Below, one piece after another: positions 8,777 to 19,535 of a stretch of 64,000 bases of DNA. The DNA is taken from contig JBFWOO010000004.1 of the NCBI GenBank assembly GCA_050250415.1, forward strand, positions 149,766 through 213,765, given 5' to 3'. The notes under the pieces were generated by a model. It did no database searches. It was not told the origin of the DNA and was given only the letters and a program-made list of their open reading frames with translations. Within the stretch, counting starts at the first letter, position 1. Each line of letters starts with the position of its first letter. Origin of the DNA: Dehalococcoidia bacterium. GTDB taxonomy: Bacteria; Chloroflexota; Dehalococcoidia; UBA2979. Made by a program: the position numbers and the translations under genes.

Positions 8777-10560
8777 TCGGCGGAGGTCGTCCCCGCGCGG
8801 TGCTCCTGCTCATGCGCCAGGGCTGTCACCCACTCCTCGCGCCGTGTCGAAAGGCGGGCGTGGCCGGTGTCCTCCAGCGCCTGAATGAGGAGAGGCCGCG
8901 AGGTCTGCGCGTCGAGGCCGGAGCGAAGGAGCACCTGAGCGGCCATCTCTGTCCCGCCCTCCAGCTCCTCGCAGACGACTTCAGTTGCTCCGAGCGCGAG
9001 GAGCGTGTCGCGGTCGCGCACGTAGCGCGTCCGGCAGATGATCGGGACGTCGGGTGTGATCGCCCGCGTTGCCGCGATCGCGCGGCGGGCCGCATCCGGG
9101 TCATTGATGACCAGGACGATCTCCTTCGCCTCTTCGATGTGGGCGTGGTGCTGTGCTTCCGGACTCGTGATATCGCCGTAGTAGATCGGGTAGCCCTGTG
9201 CGCGGCCCAGGCGGACGCGGTCGGCGTTGAGCTCCAGCACGATGAAGCGCACGCCCCCGCTCCGGAGGGCGCGCGCGATCAAGTGTCCCGCCACGCCGAA
9301 TCCGACCACGATCACGTGGTCGCCCAGGTCGCGCTCCTGCCGCCGGGGGTCGTCGATGCCGCGGGCGCGGAGGATGCGCTCGAGCGGGCGGAGGATGACT
9401 TCGCCGGCGTGAAGTCGGGGAGCGAGCGCCATGAGCGTGCGCGAGACCACCATGCTGGCGACGCCAGCGGTGACCACGAGGCTGGTCTCCTCGGGCGTGA
9501 CGAGGCCGGCGGCAGCGCCGAGGGTCAGGACCACGAAGCCAAACTCGCCGAACTGGGAGAGGTAGATGCCGCCGAGCCAGGAAGCACGTGCGGCGAACCC
9601 TGTGGCAATCGCGGCGACGGAGCCCGTGATCCACTTCCCGAAGACGAGCGCGAGCACGATCGCGACGCCCTTCGCGGGGTCCTCGATGAACACTCGTGGG
9701 TCGAACAGCATGCCGAGCGAGACGAAGAAGATGCTGGTGAGCGCGTCTCGGATCGGGACGACGTCGGTGATCGCGCGTTCGCTGTAGTCGGTGTCCGCCA
9801 GGACAACGCCGGCGAGGAAGGCGCCCAGCGCCAGCGATAGCCCGAATTCGGACATTACCCACGCGCTGCCGAGGCCGGCCCCGAGGACCGCCAGTAGAAA
9901 CAACTCGCGGCTGCGGGCGCGGTCGACCTCATGGAAGAGCCGCGGCATCGCCACGCGGGCGAAGAGGATCGTCACCACGACGGCGGCCGACGCCTTGAGG
10001 ACGGCGATCCCGGCCTCGATGGCCGGATTCGCGTCACTGCTCGGGTCGAGCGTGGGCACGATCATGGTGAGCGGGACGACGAGCAGGTCCTGGAAGATCA
10101 GCGCGCCAACGGTGAACTTTCCGTGTGGCGCGTCGACCTCCTCGCGGTCAGCAAGCGCTCTGAGCACGATCGCCGTTGATGAAAGTGCACAGGCGACGGC
10201 GAAGAGGAACGCGCGCGAAGGCGTGTCTCCCCCAACGAGCAGGAGGTATCCGAATCCGATCGCGGTCGTCAGGCCGACCTGCACCGTCCCGCCGATGGCG
10301 ACCGGTCGCCAGATGAACGCGAGGCGGCTGAGCGAGAACTCCAGCCCGATCCCGAACAGCAGCATGACCACCCCGAACTCAGCAAGGAGGGTGATCGACT
10401 CGCTCTCGCTGACGAAGTGGAAGCCGTTCGGGCCGACGAAAGCGCCGGCCGCGAGGAAAGCGATGGTGGTGGGCAAGTGCAGTCGCGCGAATAGCACCGC
10501 GAGCACCACGGCTGCCGCGGCGGCGATGGCGAGCTGACCGAGGATCTCGGGAGTGTGCAT
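8773..10560 (-). CDS. monovalent cation:proton antiporter-2 (CPA2, Kef-type) with a C-terminal RCK/TrkA-N domain
   Basis: The start was set at MHTPEILGQLAIAAAAAV... (ATG 10558-10560). A polytopic Na_H_exchanger-like region is followed by the Rossmann motif HVIVVGFGVAGHLIARAL. The remainder of the 849-aa track ORF runs through tRNA-Leu and is not coding. Confidence 0.85.
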   Translation of the reverse strand: MHTPEILGQLAIAAAAAVVLAVLFARLHLPTTIAFLAAGAFVGPNGFHFVSESESITLLAEFGVVMLLFGIGLEFSLSRLAFIWRPVAIGGTVQVGLTTAIGFGYLLLVGGDTPSRAFLFAVACALSSTAIVLRALADREEVDAPHGKFTVGALIFQDLLVVPLTMIVPTLDPSSDANPAIEAGIAVLKASAAVVVTILFARVAMPRLFHEVDRARSRELFLLAVLGAGLGSAWVMSEFGLSLALGAFLAGVVLADTDYSERAITDVVPIRDALTSIFFVSLGMLFDPRVFIEDPAKGVAIVLALVFGKWITGSVAAIATGFAARASWLGGIYLSQFGEFGFVVLTLGAAAGLVTPEETSLVVTAGVASMVVSRTLMALAPRLHAGEVILRPLERILRARGIDDPRRQERDLGDHVIVVGFGVAGHLIARALRSGGVRFIVLELNADRVRLGRAQGYPIYYGDITSPEAQHHAHIEEAKEIVLVINDPDAARRAIAATRAITPDVPIICRTRYVRDRDTLLALGATEVVCEELEGGTEMAAQVLLRSGLDAQTSRPLLIQALEDTGHARLSTRREEWVTALAHEQEHRAGTTSAD

Positions 10561-10595
10561 CGTCGTCCGGCGTTGCTCTGAAGGCGCGGGCTGCA

Positions 10596-10680
10596 TGGTA
10601 CCGGGGGTGGGACTCGAACCCACACGGGAGTTACCCGGCGCATTTTGAGTGCGCTGCGTCTGCCATTTCGCCACCCCGGC
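10596..10680 (-). tRNA. tRNA-Leu (anticodon CAA)
   Basis: Reverse complement GCCGGGGTGGCGAAATGGCAGACGCA-GCGCA-CTCAAAA-TGCGC plus a long variable arm, then GTGGGTTCGAGTCCCAC-CCCCGGT-A-CCA. Confidence 0.9.
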
Positions 10681-10744
10681 GCGGATGAGGCTCAATCCTA
10701 ACGTAGACTCCCGCTCCTGCGCCGATCCGATTGCGAGGTCACGC

Positions 10745-11668
10745 GTGCCCACGATTCCCTTCGCCCTCCGTCGCCGGCCTCCGCCCGAGGCGATCGCGTG
10801 GGCGGAGCACGTGCTTGGTCGGCGCGCGTCCGTCGTCTCGGTGCGCCGCCTGCGCGGCGGTACCTCCGCAGCCGTCCACCTGCTGCGCGTCCAGGGCGTC
10901 CCCGGCGTGGAATGGGTGGTACTCCGGCGCTTCGTCCGTGCGGACTGGCTGGCCGAGGAGCCGGACGTCGCGGCCCGTGAGGCGCGCATCCTCGACGCTC
11001 TCGACGGGTGCGGCCTGCCTGTCCCGCGGCTCCTGGCCGTCGACGAGGGCGGGAGCGACGCTGACGTCCCGGCCGTGCTGATGACGCGCGTCGCCGGTCG
11101 CCTTGAGATGGCACCGCGCGATCGCGAGGCGTACGTACGCGCGCTGGCGGCGGTCCTCCCCGCGCTGCACGCGGTCGGAGCGATCGACGGCATGACGTCG
11201 TACCGCCCCTGGTTCCGGGCGCGCCCGTTCGCGCCGCCCGCGTGGTCGCGCCGGCCCGAGCTGTGGCGACGGGCGGATGAGCTGGCCCGGGAGCCCGCTC
11301 CGCCGTTCACGCCCACGTTCATCCACCGCGACTACCACCCGGCGAACGTGCTCTGGACGCGAGGACGGCTCTCCGGCGTGACCGACTGGGTCAACGCCTG
11401 CAACGGCCCGCCGGGGATCGATGTCGCCCACTGCGGGGTCAACCTCTCCGTGCTCTTCGGCATCGCCGTCGCTGAGGCGTTCCGTCACGCCTACGAGGCG
11501 GTCGCCGGCGTGGAGCAGCACCCGTACTGGGATCTCCTCGACGCGCTCGACACGGGACCTCCGGCGTCGGGGCAGTGGCACGATGTGGGGCGCCACGACC
11601 TGGACGCCGTGCTGATCCGCACGCGCGTCGAGGAGTACCTCGACCTCCTCGTGCGACGATTGAGCTAG
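10745..11668 (+). CDS. aminoglycoside/choline-kinase-like phosphotransferase (APH family)
   Basis: Catalytic loop FIHRDYHPANVLW and DWVNACNGPPGIDVAHC. The start is ambiguous: GTG 10745 was chosen, and ATG 10685 is also possible. Confidence 0.75.
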   Translation: MPTIPFALRRRPPPEAIAWAEHVLGRRASVVSVRRLRGGTSAAVHLLRVQGVPGVEWVVLRRFVRADWLAEEPDVAAREARILDALDGCGLPVPRLLAVDEGGSDADVPAVLMTRVAGRLEMAPRDREAYVRALAAVLPALHAVGAIDGMTSYRPWFRARPFAPPAWSRRPELWRRADELAREPAPPFTPTFIHRDYHPANVLWTRGRLSGVTDWVNACNGPPGIDVAHCGVNLSVLFGIAVAEAFRHAYEAVAGVEQHPYWDLLDALDTGPPASGQWHDVGRHDLDAVLIRTRVEEYLDLLVRRLS

Positions 11669-11701
11669 CGACTGCGGGGGCGGCGCCGACGAGGAGGGCG
11701 C

Positions 11702-12247
11702 ATGGACTCCGCCGACGACTGGCTGCTGACGACCTGGGGCGACGTGGGGATGGTGGCGGTGTCCGCCCTCGGCATCTTCGCCGCCACGATCGCGCTGACG
11801 CGCCTCAACGGGCTGCGCTCCTTCGCCAAGATGTCGGCGTTCGACTTCGCTACGACGGTGGCGATGGGCACCGTACTGGCTTCGACGCTGGCGACCCAGG
11901 ACCCGCCGCTGCTGCAGGGGCTTGTCTCGTTGGCGTCGCTCTTCGTGCTCCAGCAGGTCGTCGCGAGGCTGCGGCGGGCGTCCGGCGCGTTCAGTCGGGC
12001 GGTTGACAACGAACCGCTGCTGCTGATGCGTGACGGGGTCTTCCTCGCCGAGAACATGGAGCGCGCCCGGATGACCCGCGAAGATGTCTGGGGGCAGCTC
12101 CGACAGGCGAACGTGCTCAGCGTGCGGAACGTCCGAGCGGTCGTCCTGGAGAGCACCGGCGATGTCTCTGTGCTCCACGCCCGAGACGGTGCAGCCGACG
12201 TCGACGACGCAATCCTCACGGGCGTGCGCGGCTACCCCGTGCGCTGA
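11702..12247 (+). CDS. DUF421 (YetF-like) membrane protein
   Basis: 181-aa ORF. N-terminal TM helices are followed by the conserved ...[30 protein letters not shown]... region. Confidence 0.7.
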   Translation: MDSADDWLLTTWGDVGMVAVSALGIFAATIALTRLNGLRSFAKMSAFDFATTVAMGTVLASTLATQDPPLLQGLVSLASLFVLQQVVARLRRASGAFSRAVDNEPLLLMRDGVFLAENMERARMTREDVWGQLRQANVLSVRNVRAVVLESTGDVSVLHARDGAADVDDAILTGVRGYPVR

Positions 12248-12305
12248 CGGCCGCCGTCGCGCGTGTGGATTGGCGCCCGGCGGGAGTGACGTCGGTTGGG
12301 AACAG

Positions 12306-12331
12306 GAAGGCCCGCCTCACGGCGGGCCTTC
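12306..12331. terminator. GC-rich hairpin between DUF421 (+) and tRNA-Gly (-)
   Basis: GAAGGCCCGCC-TCAC-GGCGGGCCTTC, an 11-bp perfect stem. The U-tracts are weak on both strands, so it may act bidirectionally. Confidence 0.45.
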
Positions 12332-12340
12332 GTTCGTTCA

Positions 12341-12415
12341 TGGAGCGGAAGACGAGGGTCGAACTCGCGACCTCCTCCTTGGCAAGGAGGCGCTCTGCCA
12401 CTGAGCTACTTCCGC
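12341..12415 (-). tRNA. tRNA-Gly (anticodon GCC)
   Basis: Reverse complement GCGGAAGTAGCTCAGTGGCAGAGCG-CCTCC-TTGCCAA-GGAGG-AGGTCGCGAGTTCGACCCTCGT-CTTCCGC-T-CCA. Confidence 0.93.
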
Positions 12416-12477
12416 GGAAGCACCATTCTATCGCGGCGGGCCGGTCGGACAAGTGCCGTGCGCGATTCTCCTCGGCG

Positions 12478-13194
12478 CTAGGACTGCTTCTCGGCCTTCT
12501 CCTTCGCGGCCTGGGCCGCCGCCTCGCGCTCGGGGGCCGTGGCCTCCCACCAATCGTGCCAGCGCGACTTCGGCAGCGTCCCGGCCTTGAACATCGCCAT
12601 GGTCTCCTCGACCGCGCGGTCGATGGAGGCCTGGAGGTCCTCCAGCGTGCCGTTGTTCATGAACAGGCGGTCAGACGCGGGCTCGCGCTGCTGCCACGTG
12701 CGGGCGGCGTCGAGGCGCTGGCGCGCCTCTTCCTCAGTGAAGTTGTTGCGGGTCATGAGGCGCGGCAGGGCGACGTCGTAGTCGGCGCCCACGAGCCAGG
12801 TCGCGTCCGTCCACCCGGAGTACTGCGCTTCGATCAGGTTCACCGCCTCGAGGATCGCGATGTCGTCGTCCTTGAGGGTCGCGCGCCACTCGTCGATCAC
12901 GCGCTTCATCTCTCCGCCAATGTCCCCGATCGCCCGGGTCAGGTCCCGCATGCGCTCGGGCTTGCCGAACACCTGCGCGCCGATCTTCTTGCGGTCGATG
13001 TAGCCGTCCTCGCCGATCACCTCTTCGCCGAACTCGGCGACGATGCGGTCGAAGCCCGGCTTGCCGGGGTCGTACATGCGGTGGACCACCTTGTCGGCGT
13101 CCGCGTGGATCGCGCCGTACTTCTCCACCATGTACTGGCAGAGGTACGACTTGCCGGTGGCGATGGACCCGGTCACTCCGAGGACGAGCGGCAT
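12478..13194 (-). CDS. coaE: dephospho-CoA kinase
   Basis: N-terminal P-loop LGVTGSIATGKS and ...HADADKVVHRMYDPG.... It has a roughly 40-aa charged C-terminal extension. Confidence 0.88.
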   Translation of the reverse strand: MPLVLGVTGSIATGKSYLCQYMVEKYGAIHADADKVVHRMYDPGKPGFDRIVAEFGEEVIGEDGYIDRKKIGAQVFGKPERMRDLTRAIGDIGGEMKRVIDEWRATLKDDDIAILEAVNLIEAQYSGWTDATWLVGADYDVALPRLMTRNNFTEEEARQRLDAARTWQQREPASDRLFMNNGTLEDLQASIDRAVEETMAMFKAGTLPKSRWHDWWEATAPEREAAAQAAKEKAEKQS

Positions 13195-13342
13195 CGTGCT
13201 GTTCCCTCCCGAACGTGCCTCTGACGTGCAAGACGAACCGTGGGCGGCGCGCGCGGCTGCGCGCAGCGGTGCGCGGGCAGACTACAAGAGCGCGTAGCCT
13301 TGGCCAAGCGTGCACGAGGTGTCGCCTGCGAGGAAGGGCGTG

Positions 13343-14428
13343 ATGACGGACGAGGAAGGTCGCGATCGGCTCCGGCGCGCCTTTCGCCGCTTCGCCGAGG
13401 CCGAGGCCGTGCCCCAGGGATCGGCGGTCTACGAGCGCCTCTGCGAGGTCGTCGCGTCTGACGACGCGCTGCTCGACCTCGCGGCGGAGGCCGCCCCGGG
13501 ACAGCCGGCGCCCAACCTCTTCTTCGGATCGGTGCATGCCCTGCTGGAGGATGATCCCGCGGATCCCCTCGCCGCGTACTACCGGAGCGTGGGCGGGACG
13601 CGCTCCGTCGACGACGCGCTGGGCGAGGCGTTCCGGGCGTTCGTCCTCCCGCGGCGGGACGCCGTCCTTGCGCTGCTCCGGACGCATCTGGTGCAGACAA
13701 ACGAGGTGCGGCGCTCCGCGGTGCTGTTCCCCGTGTTCGCGACGGCGTCAGCGGAGGCGGACGGCGCGCCGATCGCGCTGATCGAGATCGGCGCCTCCGC
13801 CGGCCTCAATCTGCTCTTCGACCGCTACGGCTACCGCTACTCCGAGCGGAGCGCGGGGCACGCCACTGCATCGCTGGTCCTGGAGTGCGAGGCGCGCGGA
13901 GCGCCGCTGCCGGTCGAGCGCGTGCCGGCGGTGGTGTCACGGCTGGGGCTGGAGCTGAACGCGCTCGACGTGCGCTCAGAGGCGGACATGCGCTGGCTAC
14001 GCGCGCTCGTCTGGCCCGAGCACGACGAACGCCGTCGCGTGCTGCAGGCCGCGGTCGACATCGCCCGGATCGATCCGCCCGAGGTCCGCACGGCGGACCT
14101 CTTCACTCACTTGCCGGGAGCGATCACCGCCGCGCCAGCCCGAGCCCGCGTCGTGGTGTTCGCCACGTTCGTACTGAACCAGTTCACGCAGGAGATGCGT
14201 GCGCGCTTGAAGCAGCTCCTGCTCGACGCGTCGCGAGAGCGCGCGATCGACGTCGTGGTCGTCGGGGGCAGCGAGTGGTTCATCGGGGAGCGTCGTGACT
14301 TCGGCTCCGCGCCGGTGATCCGCGCGCGCCTCGAGGGCGGACAGGGCACGTGGCGACAGCTTGCCGTGGCCGACCCGCATGGGTGGTGGATCGACTGGCA
14401 GCCGTCAGAGCCGCGCGCCTGGGTCTAG
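13343..14428 (+). CDS. DUF2332 family protein
   Basis: The start was set at ATG 13343, with GAGGAAGGG upstream. It has the FAEAEA...SAVYERLCEVVASDDALLDL...NLFFGSVHALL pattern of DUF2332. Confidence 0.7.
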   Translation: MTDEEGRDRLRRAFRRFAEAEAVPQGSAVYERLCEVVASDDALLDLAAEAAPGQPAPNLFFGSVHALLEDDPADPLAAYYRSVGGTRSVDDALGEAFRAFVLPRRDAVLALLRTHLVQTNEVRRSAVLFPVFATASAEADGAPIALIEIGASAGLNLLFDRYGYRYSERSAGHATASLVLECEARGAPLPVERVPAVVSRLGLELNALDVRSEADMRWLRALVWPEHDERRRVLQAAVDIARIDPPEVRTADLFTHLPGAITAAPARARVVVFATFVLNQFTQEMRARLKQLLLDASRERAIDVVVVGGSEWFIGERRDFGSAPVIRARLEGGQGTWRQLAVADPHGWWIDWQPSEPRAWV

Positions 14429-14441
14429 TCAGGTCCGGCGG

Positions 14442-15692
14442 CTACCAGGTGTGCTCGTTCTCGTGGGGCGGGTACGTCGTGCGCCAGGCGGCATCCCAGC
14501 GCTCGAGGACCGAGGTGTCGCGCACGGCCTCCAGCAATCCCGCCTCCGCCGCCTGTGTCGCGGAAATCCGCCCGAACGCGAGCTGCGCGAGCGTGTCCAC
14601 GCCCAGGCGGAGGTCGACCGGGCCGTCGTGCCGGGCGACCTCCGCGCCGCCCGCGCTGAGCGAGGTATGGAGGCGCCACGCGCCCGCGTTCCACTCACAG
14701 AAGTCGTCCGCGAGGTCGAACGTGAGCTCGGTCGACACCGGATAGGGACGCAGCGGGAGGGCGTCCTCCACGTTCACGAGGCGCGCCATGATGCCGTCTG
14801 CCGTCCTGGCGTTGAGCAGCCGCGGCTCGACGAGCATCACGGGGAGCGGATCGTCCGGCGCCGCGTTCGGCCGCCGGATCTCGCCGACGTTGTCGTAGCC
14901 GCCGAGGACCGTCCAGAGCGCCTGGTGGGCTGCCGGCGTGAGCGCGAAGTAGTCGGTGACGCGGAGGTACTGGCCGGCGCCGGCGCGTCCTGTCTCCAGC
15001 CCCGGTCCGTGGTGGAAGACGACATAACCAAGCGGCTCGCCGTCCTCCTCGTAGGCGAGGACGACCTGGCGGTGACCGGCGGGTGGCTTGCCTGTCGGGC
15101 CGGCGTCCCACATCGCACGCCCGCGGTGGATGAGGCCGTTCCGCTCTTCGCGATACTTCCGGTAGACCTCGACGAGGAGCCCGAACTCGGTCGCGAGGTC
15201 CACCTCGCGGACGCGACCGGGCGTGGAGATGGGATGACGCCACTGCACGTCGCGCGGCGCCAGGGTGTACGTCGTGCGCGTGGTGATGCTGGCGTAGCCG
15301 TACCGGCTGTAGATCGCCATCCACGCGGGATGCAGGGCGGCGATCGCCGCCTCGCGCCGCTCGCGCATCTGCTCGAAGTGACTCCGGACCACCGCCCGGA
15401 GGTAGCCGCGCCGCCGGTGCGCGGGGTGCGTCGAGACCCAGGTCACCCCCTGGATCGGGACGGCGGGGCCGTTGAACCGGATCTGGAGCGACCACGCGGC
15501 GTACGTCGTCGCGACCTCGCCGTCGACGAACACGCAGGTCGTCCACTGGGGGGCCATCCCGCCGAAGAAGTCGAGGGAGAGGCCCAGCTGGCGGGAGGCC
15601 TGTTCGATCACCGCGGGCATCTCCTCGGCGGTAGCGGGGCGCACCTCCGCCCGGGGGCCGTCCGGGAGATCGCGGGTGTCGGTCTGGGTCAT
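14442..15692 (-). CDS. Eis-like GNAT N-acetyltransferase with an SCP2-like C-terminal domain
   Basis: 416-aa ORF with the GNAT core VTWVSTHPAHRRRGYLRAVV. Its length and three-domain layout resemble the enhanced-intracellular-survival type of acetyltransferase. Confidence 0.75.
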   Translation of the reverse strand: MTQTDTRDLPDGPRAEVRPATAEEMPAVIEQASRQLGLSLDFFGGMAPQWTTCVFVDGEVATTYAAWSLQIRFNGPAVPIQGVTWVSTHPAHRRRGYLRAVVRSHFEQMRERREAAIAALHPAWMAIYSRYGYASITTRTTYTLAPRDVQWRHPISTPGRVREVDLATEFGLLVEVYRKYREERNGLIHRGRAMWDAGPTGKPPAGHRQVVLAYEEDGEPLGYVVFHHGPGLETGRAGAGQYLRVTDYFALTPAAHQALWTVLGGYDNVGEIRRPNAAPDDPLPVMLVEPRLLNARTADGIMARLVNVEDALPLRPYPVSTELTFDLADDFCEWNAGAWRLHTSLSAGGAEVARHDGPVDLRLGVDTLAQLAFGRISATQAAEAGLLEAVRDTSVLERWDAAWRTTYPPHENEHTW

Positions 15693-15760
15693 ACGAGATA
15701 GCCTCCACGCTTGCGCGTGGAGGCTATCCGATTGCTGCCGAATCGGCCCGGGTGGCCGCG

Positions 15761-17242
<1,482 letters not shown>

Positions 17243-17566
17243 GGCCCTTCGAAGATAAGTTCCCCGACTATACCCCTGTCCCTCTCAGGGAACAGCCCTC
17301 GGACCGCCTGACCGCAACCTCGTTCGGGCGGCGCGTTTCGTGCCCGAGTCCACAGACTGTCCACGGCGACTGCCGGCTGGCCGGGCGACCGTTACCCCTC
17401 TGTAACGTCGACTGTGGACAATTCGGAGAAGGCGCTCCTTGAGCCGGTGTTATCGTGGAGTCCCACCACGGATTCGCGCCGACGCCTGGCGCGGATGGAC
17501 GCCTGCTCCTCGACTCGGGCTCAACATCGTGATCGGCCCCGGGGAGCGCATACGAGGCGGTGACGC

Positions 17567-18262
17567 ATGTTTGGACGAAACGCATCCCGCGCCGACCGAG
17601 TGCGCCATGACGCTCGCTCGATGGCGCACCGAGGTCTGAAGCGGGGACGTGACCGGGCCGAAGCCCTGCGCGACGCGCTCCCCGAGGCCGCCGACCTGAT
17701 CGCCGAGCTCCGCGAGGAGCTTCGCGAGCAGGCGGAGCCGGTGATCCGTGCGGCGCGCGAGCAGGTCGAGAAGACTCCGGTCGCGCCGAAGAAGAAGTCT
17801 CGGAGCAAGAAGCCGTTCCTGTTCGTGGCCCTCGCGCTGGTGGGGGCGGCGGTGGCGTACGTGCTGCTTTCGAAGCGGGACAAGGAGCCGGCGTACCTCC
17901 GGCAGGAGCCGAAGGCGCCCGACGCCTCCCCGGCGCCGGCGCCCTCCGGCTCGTCGCGCGGCGACAACGGCTCCTCGCCCGGTGACGCGCCCGTCCCGTC
18001 CCCCGAGCCGGTGAACGGCGAGGATGTTCCGGAGCGCGCCAGCGCGTTCATGGCCGGGCAGCCGGCCCAGCCGACCCAGGCGGGAAGCTCGTCGATCCAG
18101 TCGTCTGCATCCGGGTCGACCGAGTCGGAGCCGCGCGCGTCCTACCGGCCGGAGCCGCAGGCGCCGGTGGGTCCCGCGAGCGTCGGCTACCAGCCACGCG
18201 CGCAGGTAGCCGCGTGGGACCTGCCGCCGAGCAGCGTCCCGCCGATGCGGGGCGGCTACTAG
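17567..18262 (+). CDS. hypothetical membrane-anchored protein with a Pro/Ser/Ala-rich tail
   Basis: 231-aa ORF with a charged helical N-terminus, one TM segment (PFLFVALALVGAAVAYVLL) and a low-complexity C-terminus. It has coding-like GC3 bias. No family was recognised. Confidence 0.5.
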   Translation: MFGRNASRADRVRHDARSMAHRGLKRGRDRAEALRDALPEAADLIAELREELREQAEPVIRAAREQVEKTPVAPKKKSRSKKPFLFVALALVGAAVAYVLLSKRDKEPAYLRQEPKAPDASPAPAPSGSSRGDNGSSPGDAPVPSPEPVNGEDVPERASAFMAGQPAQPTQAGSSSIQSSASGSTESEPRASYRPEPQAPVGPASVGYQPRAQVAAWDLPPSSVPPMRGGY

Positions 18263-18271
18263 CTCCGCGTG

Positions 18272-18296
18272 CCGCCCGGTCGGCGAGACCGGGCGG
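18272..18296 (+). terminator. terminator-like hairpin after the hypothetical gene
   Basis: CCGCCCGGTC-GGCGA-GACCGGGCGG, a 10-bp stem that begins 10 nt after the stop codon. There is no clear U-tract. Confidence 0.4.
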
Positions 18297-18334
18297 TGAT
18301 CGCGAGGGTGGGAGTTGGTACGCTCGTGAGCGCC

Positions 18335-18409
18335 GCTCCCATCGTCTAGCGGTCAGGACGGGACCCTTTCAAGGTCCAGACAGGGGTTCGACTCCCCTTG
18401 GGAGCACCA
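18335..18409 (+). tRNA. tRNA-Glu (anticodon TTC)
   Basis: GCTCCCATCGTCTAGCGGTCAGGACG-GGACC-CTTTCAA-GGTCC-AGACAGGGGTTCGACTCCCCT-TGGGAGC-A-CCA. Confidence 0.93.
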
Positions 18410-18421
18410 CGGTGAAGCAGG

Positions 18422-18453
18422 ACAGGGCAGGCCTCAGGCCTGCCCTGTTTCGT
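18422..18453 (+). terminator. intrinsic terminator after tRNA-Glu(TTC)
   Basis: ACAGGGCAGGCC-TCA-GGCCTGCCCTGT, a 12-bp stem followed by TTCGTG. Confidence 0.6.
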
Positions 18454-18533
18454 GCTGCTGGGGCCCGCGAGGGCCGGGAGCCGTGTCACCCTGCCTCAAC
18501 CCGCTCTCCGAGCGCCGTCCATACGCTCCGCCA

Positions 18534-19166
18534 ATGAGCGTGCGTCCGACGCACCCGCACCGTATCGCCATCGCGGCGGCCATCGTCGCGGCGCTGTTGC
18601 TCGCCGCGTCCGGTACCGCCGAGGGGCAGACGCGGCCCGTGGCCATGGGTGCGATCCCGTCGGGAGCCGGCCTTGGCCTCGTCGCCTGGGATGGCACGAT
18701 CGAGGAGCTCCGCGTCGAGGCCGCGGCGGCGGGCTGCCGGCTCGAGTCGGCGTGGATCACCGTCGATGGGCGCTTCCTCGGGTACACCGTGGGCGCGCCG
18801 GCGTTCGTGAACGCGAACTTCGACGCGATCGCCGGGACGACGCTGCGCCCCAGTCGTGTCCTGCTCATCGTGTGCGCCGGCGACGTGGTTCGGACACCCG
18901 CGCCGCCGGTCGCGACCCCAACGGTCCCGCCTGGCCCCGTGCCGAATCCGCCCCCGGCCGCCCCGCCTGCTCCCGGGGAACCCTCGCCGGCGCCGCCCTT
19001 CTCTACCACGCCGCTGTATGACCCGTTCGGCAACGACCTCGAATGCTCGGACTTCCCGACCCAGGCAGACGCGCAGATCCTGTTCGAAGCGGCGGGCGGA
19101 CCGGAGGTGGACCGCCACGGACTCGACGCCGACGGCGACGGCCTCGCGTGCGAGGAGTTGCCCTGA
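18534..19166 (+). CDS. secreted protein with a C-terminal excalibur calcium-binding domain
   Basis: The start was set at MSVRPTHPHRIAIAAAIVAALLLAASGTAEG (signal peptide). A Pro-rich linker leads to the C-terminus ...NDLECSDFPTQADAQILFEAAGGPEVDRHGLDADGDGLACEELP, which matches the excalibur DxDxDGxxCE motif. Confidence 0.75.
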   Translation: MSVRPTHPHRIAIAAAIVAALLLAASGTAEGQTRPVAMGAIPSGAGLGLVAWDGTIEELRVEAAAAGCRLESAWITVDGRFLGYTVGAPAFVNANFDAIAGTTLRPSRVLLIVCAGDVVRTPAPPVATPTVPPGPVPNPPPAAPPAPGEPSPAPPFSTTPLYDPFGNDLECSDFPTQADAQILFEAAGGPEVDRHGLDADGDGLACEELP

Positions 19167-19268
19167 GGTCGCGTGAAGCGACACGGGCCTGCAATGCCTG
19201 GACGGCCGAAGGCGGCTATCCTCTCCGCCGATCAACCTGGGGGCGGGGAAGTCTGAAAAGACCCCCAG

Positions 19269-19517
19269 ATGGTGAATGACGCCGTCGTGGCGCTCGCGAT
19301 GCCGCTCATCGCGATGCTCGTCGTCTACCTCACGCTGCATGAGCGCGCGGTCAGCGCCTCCGAGTCGGCACCGAACGCCGACGTGCCTGCCGTACCGACC
19401 GACCCCGGTCCGCGCGACTGGTGTCGCTGTGGGCACACCTACGAGTGGCACCCATCCTGCGCGCGCGACGTGTGCGGATGCCAGCAGTTCGTCTTCACGC
19501 GCACCGACGCCGCGTAG
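19269..19517 (+). CDS. small hypothetical protein with an N-terminal TM helix and a Cys/His-rich C-terminus
   Basis: 82-aa ORF: AVVALAMPLIAMLVVYLTL, then CRCGHTYEWHPSCARDVCGC. It has coding-like GC3 bias. No family was recognised. Confidence 0.45.
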   Translation: MVNDAVVALAMPLIAMLVVYLTLHERAVSASESAPNADVPAVPTDPGPRDWCRCGHTYEWHPSCARDVCGCQQFVFTRTDAA

Positions 19518-19535
19518 CGGCCCGGCATTCGCTTC

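Noticed and set aside
10561-11322. N-terminal 254 codons of the 849-aa track ORF (8773-11322) as part of the antiporter
   Set aside because: The extension runs straight through the tRNA-Leu gene (10596-10680) and is antisense to the APH-like gene. The antiporter begins at MHTPEIL (10560).
10739-12178. 479-aa minus-strand ORF antisense to the APH-like and DUF421 genes
   Set aside because: A shadow ORF with Arg/Asp/Gly/Pro-rich composition and no motifs.
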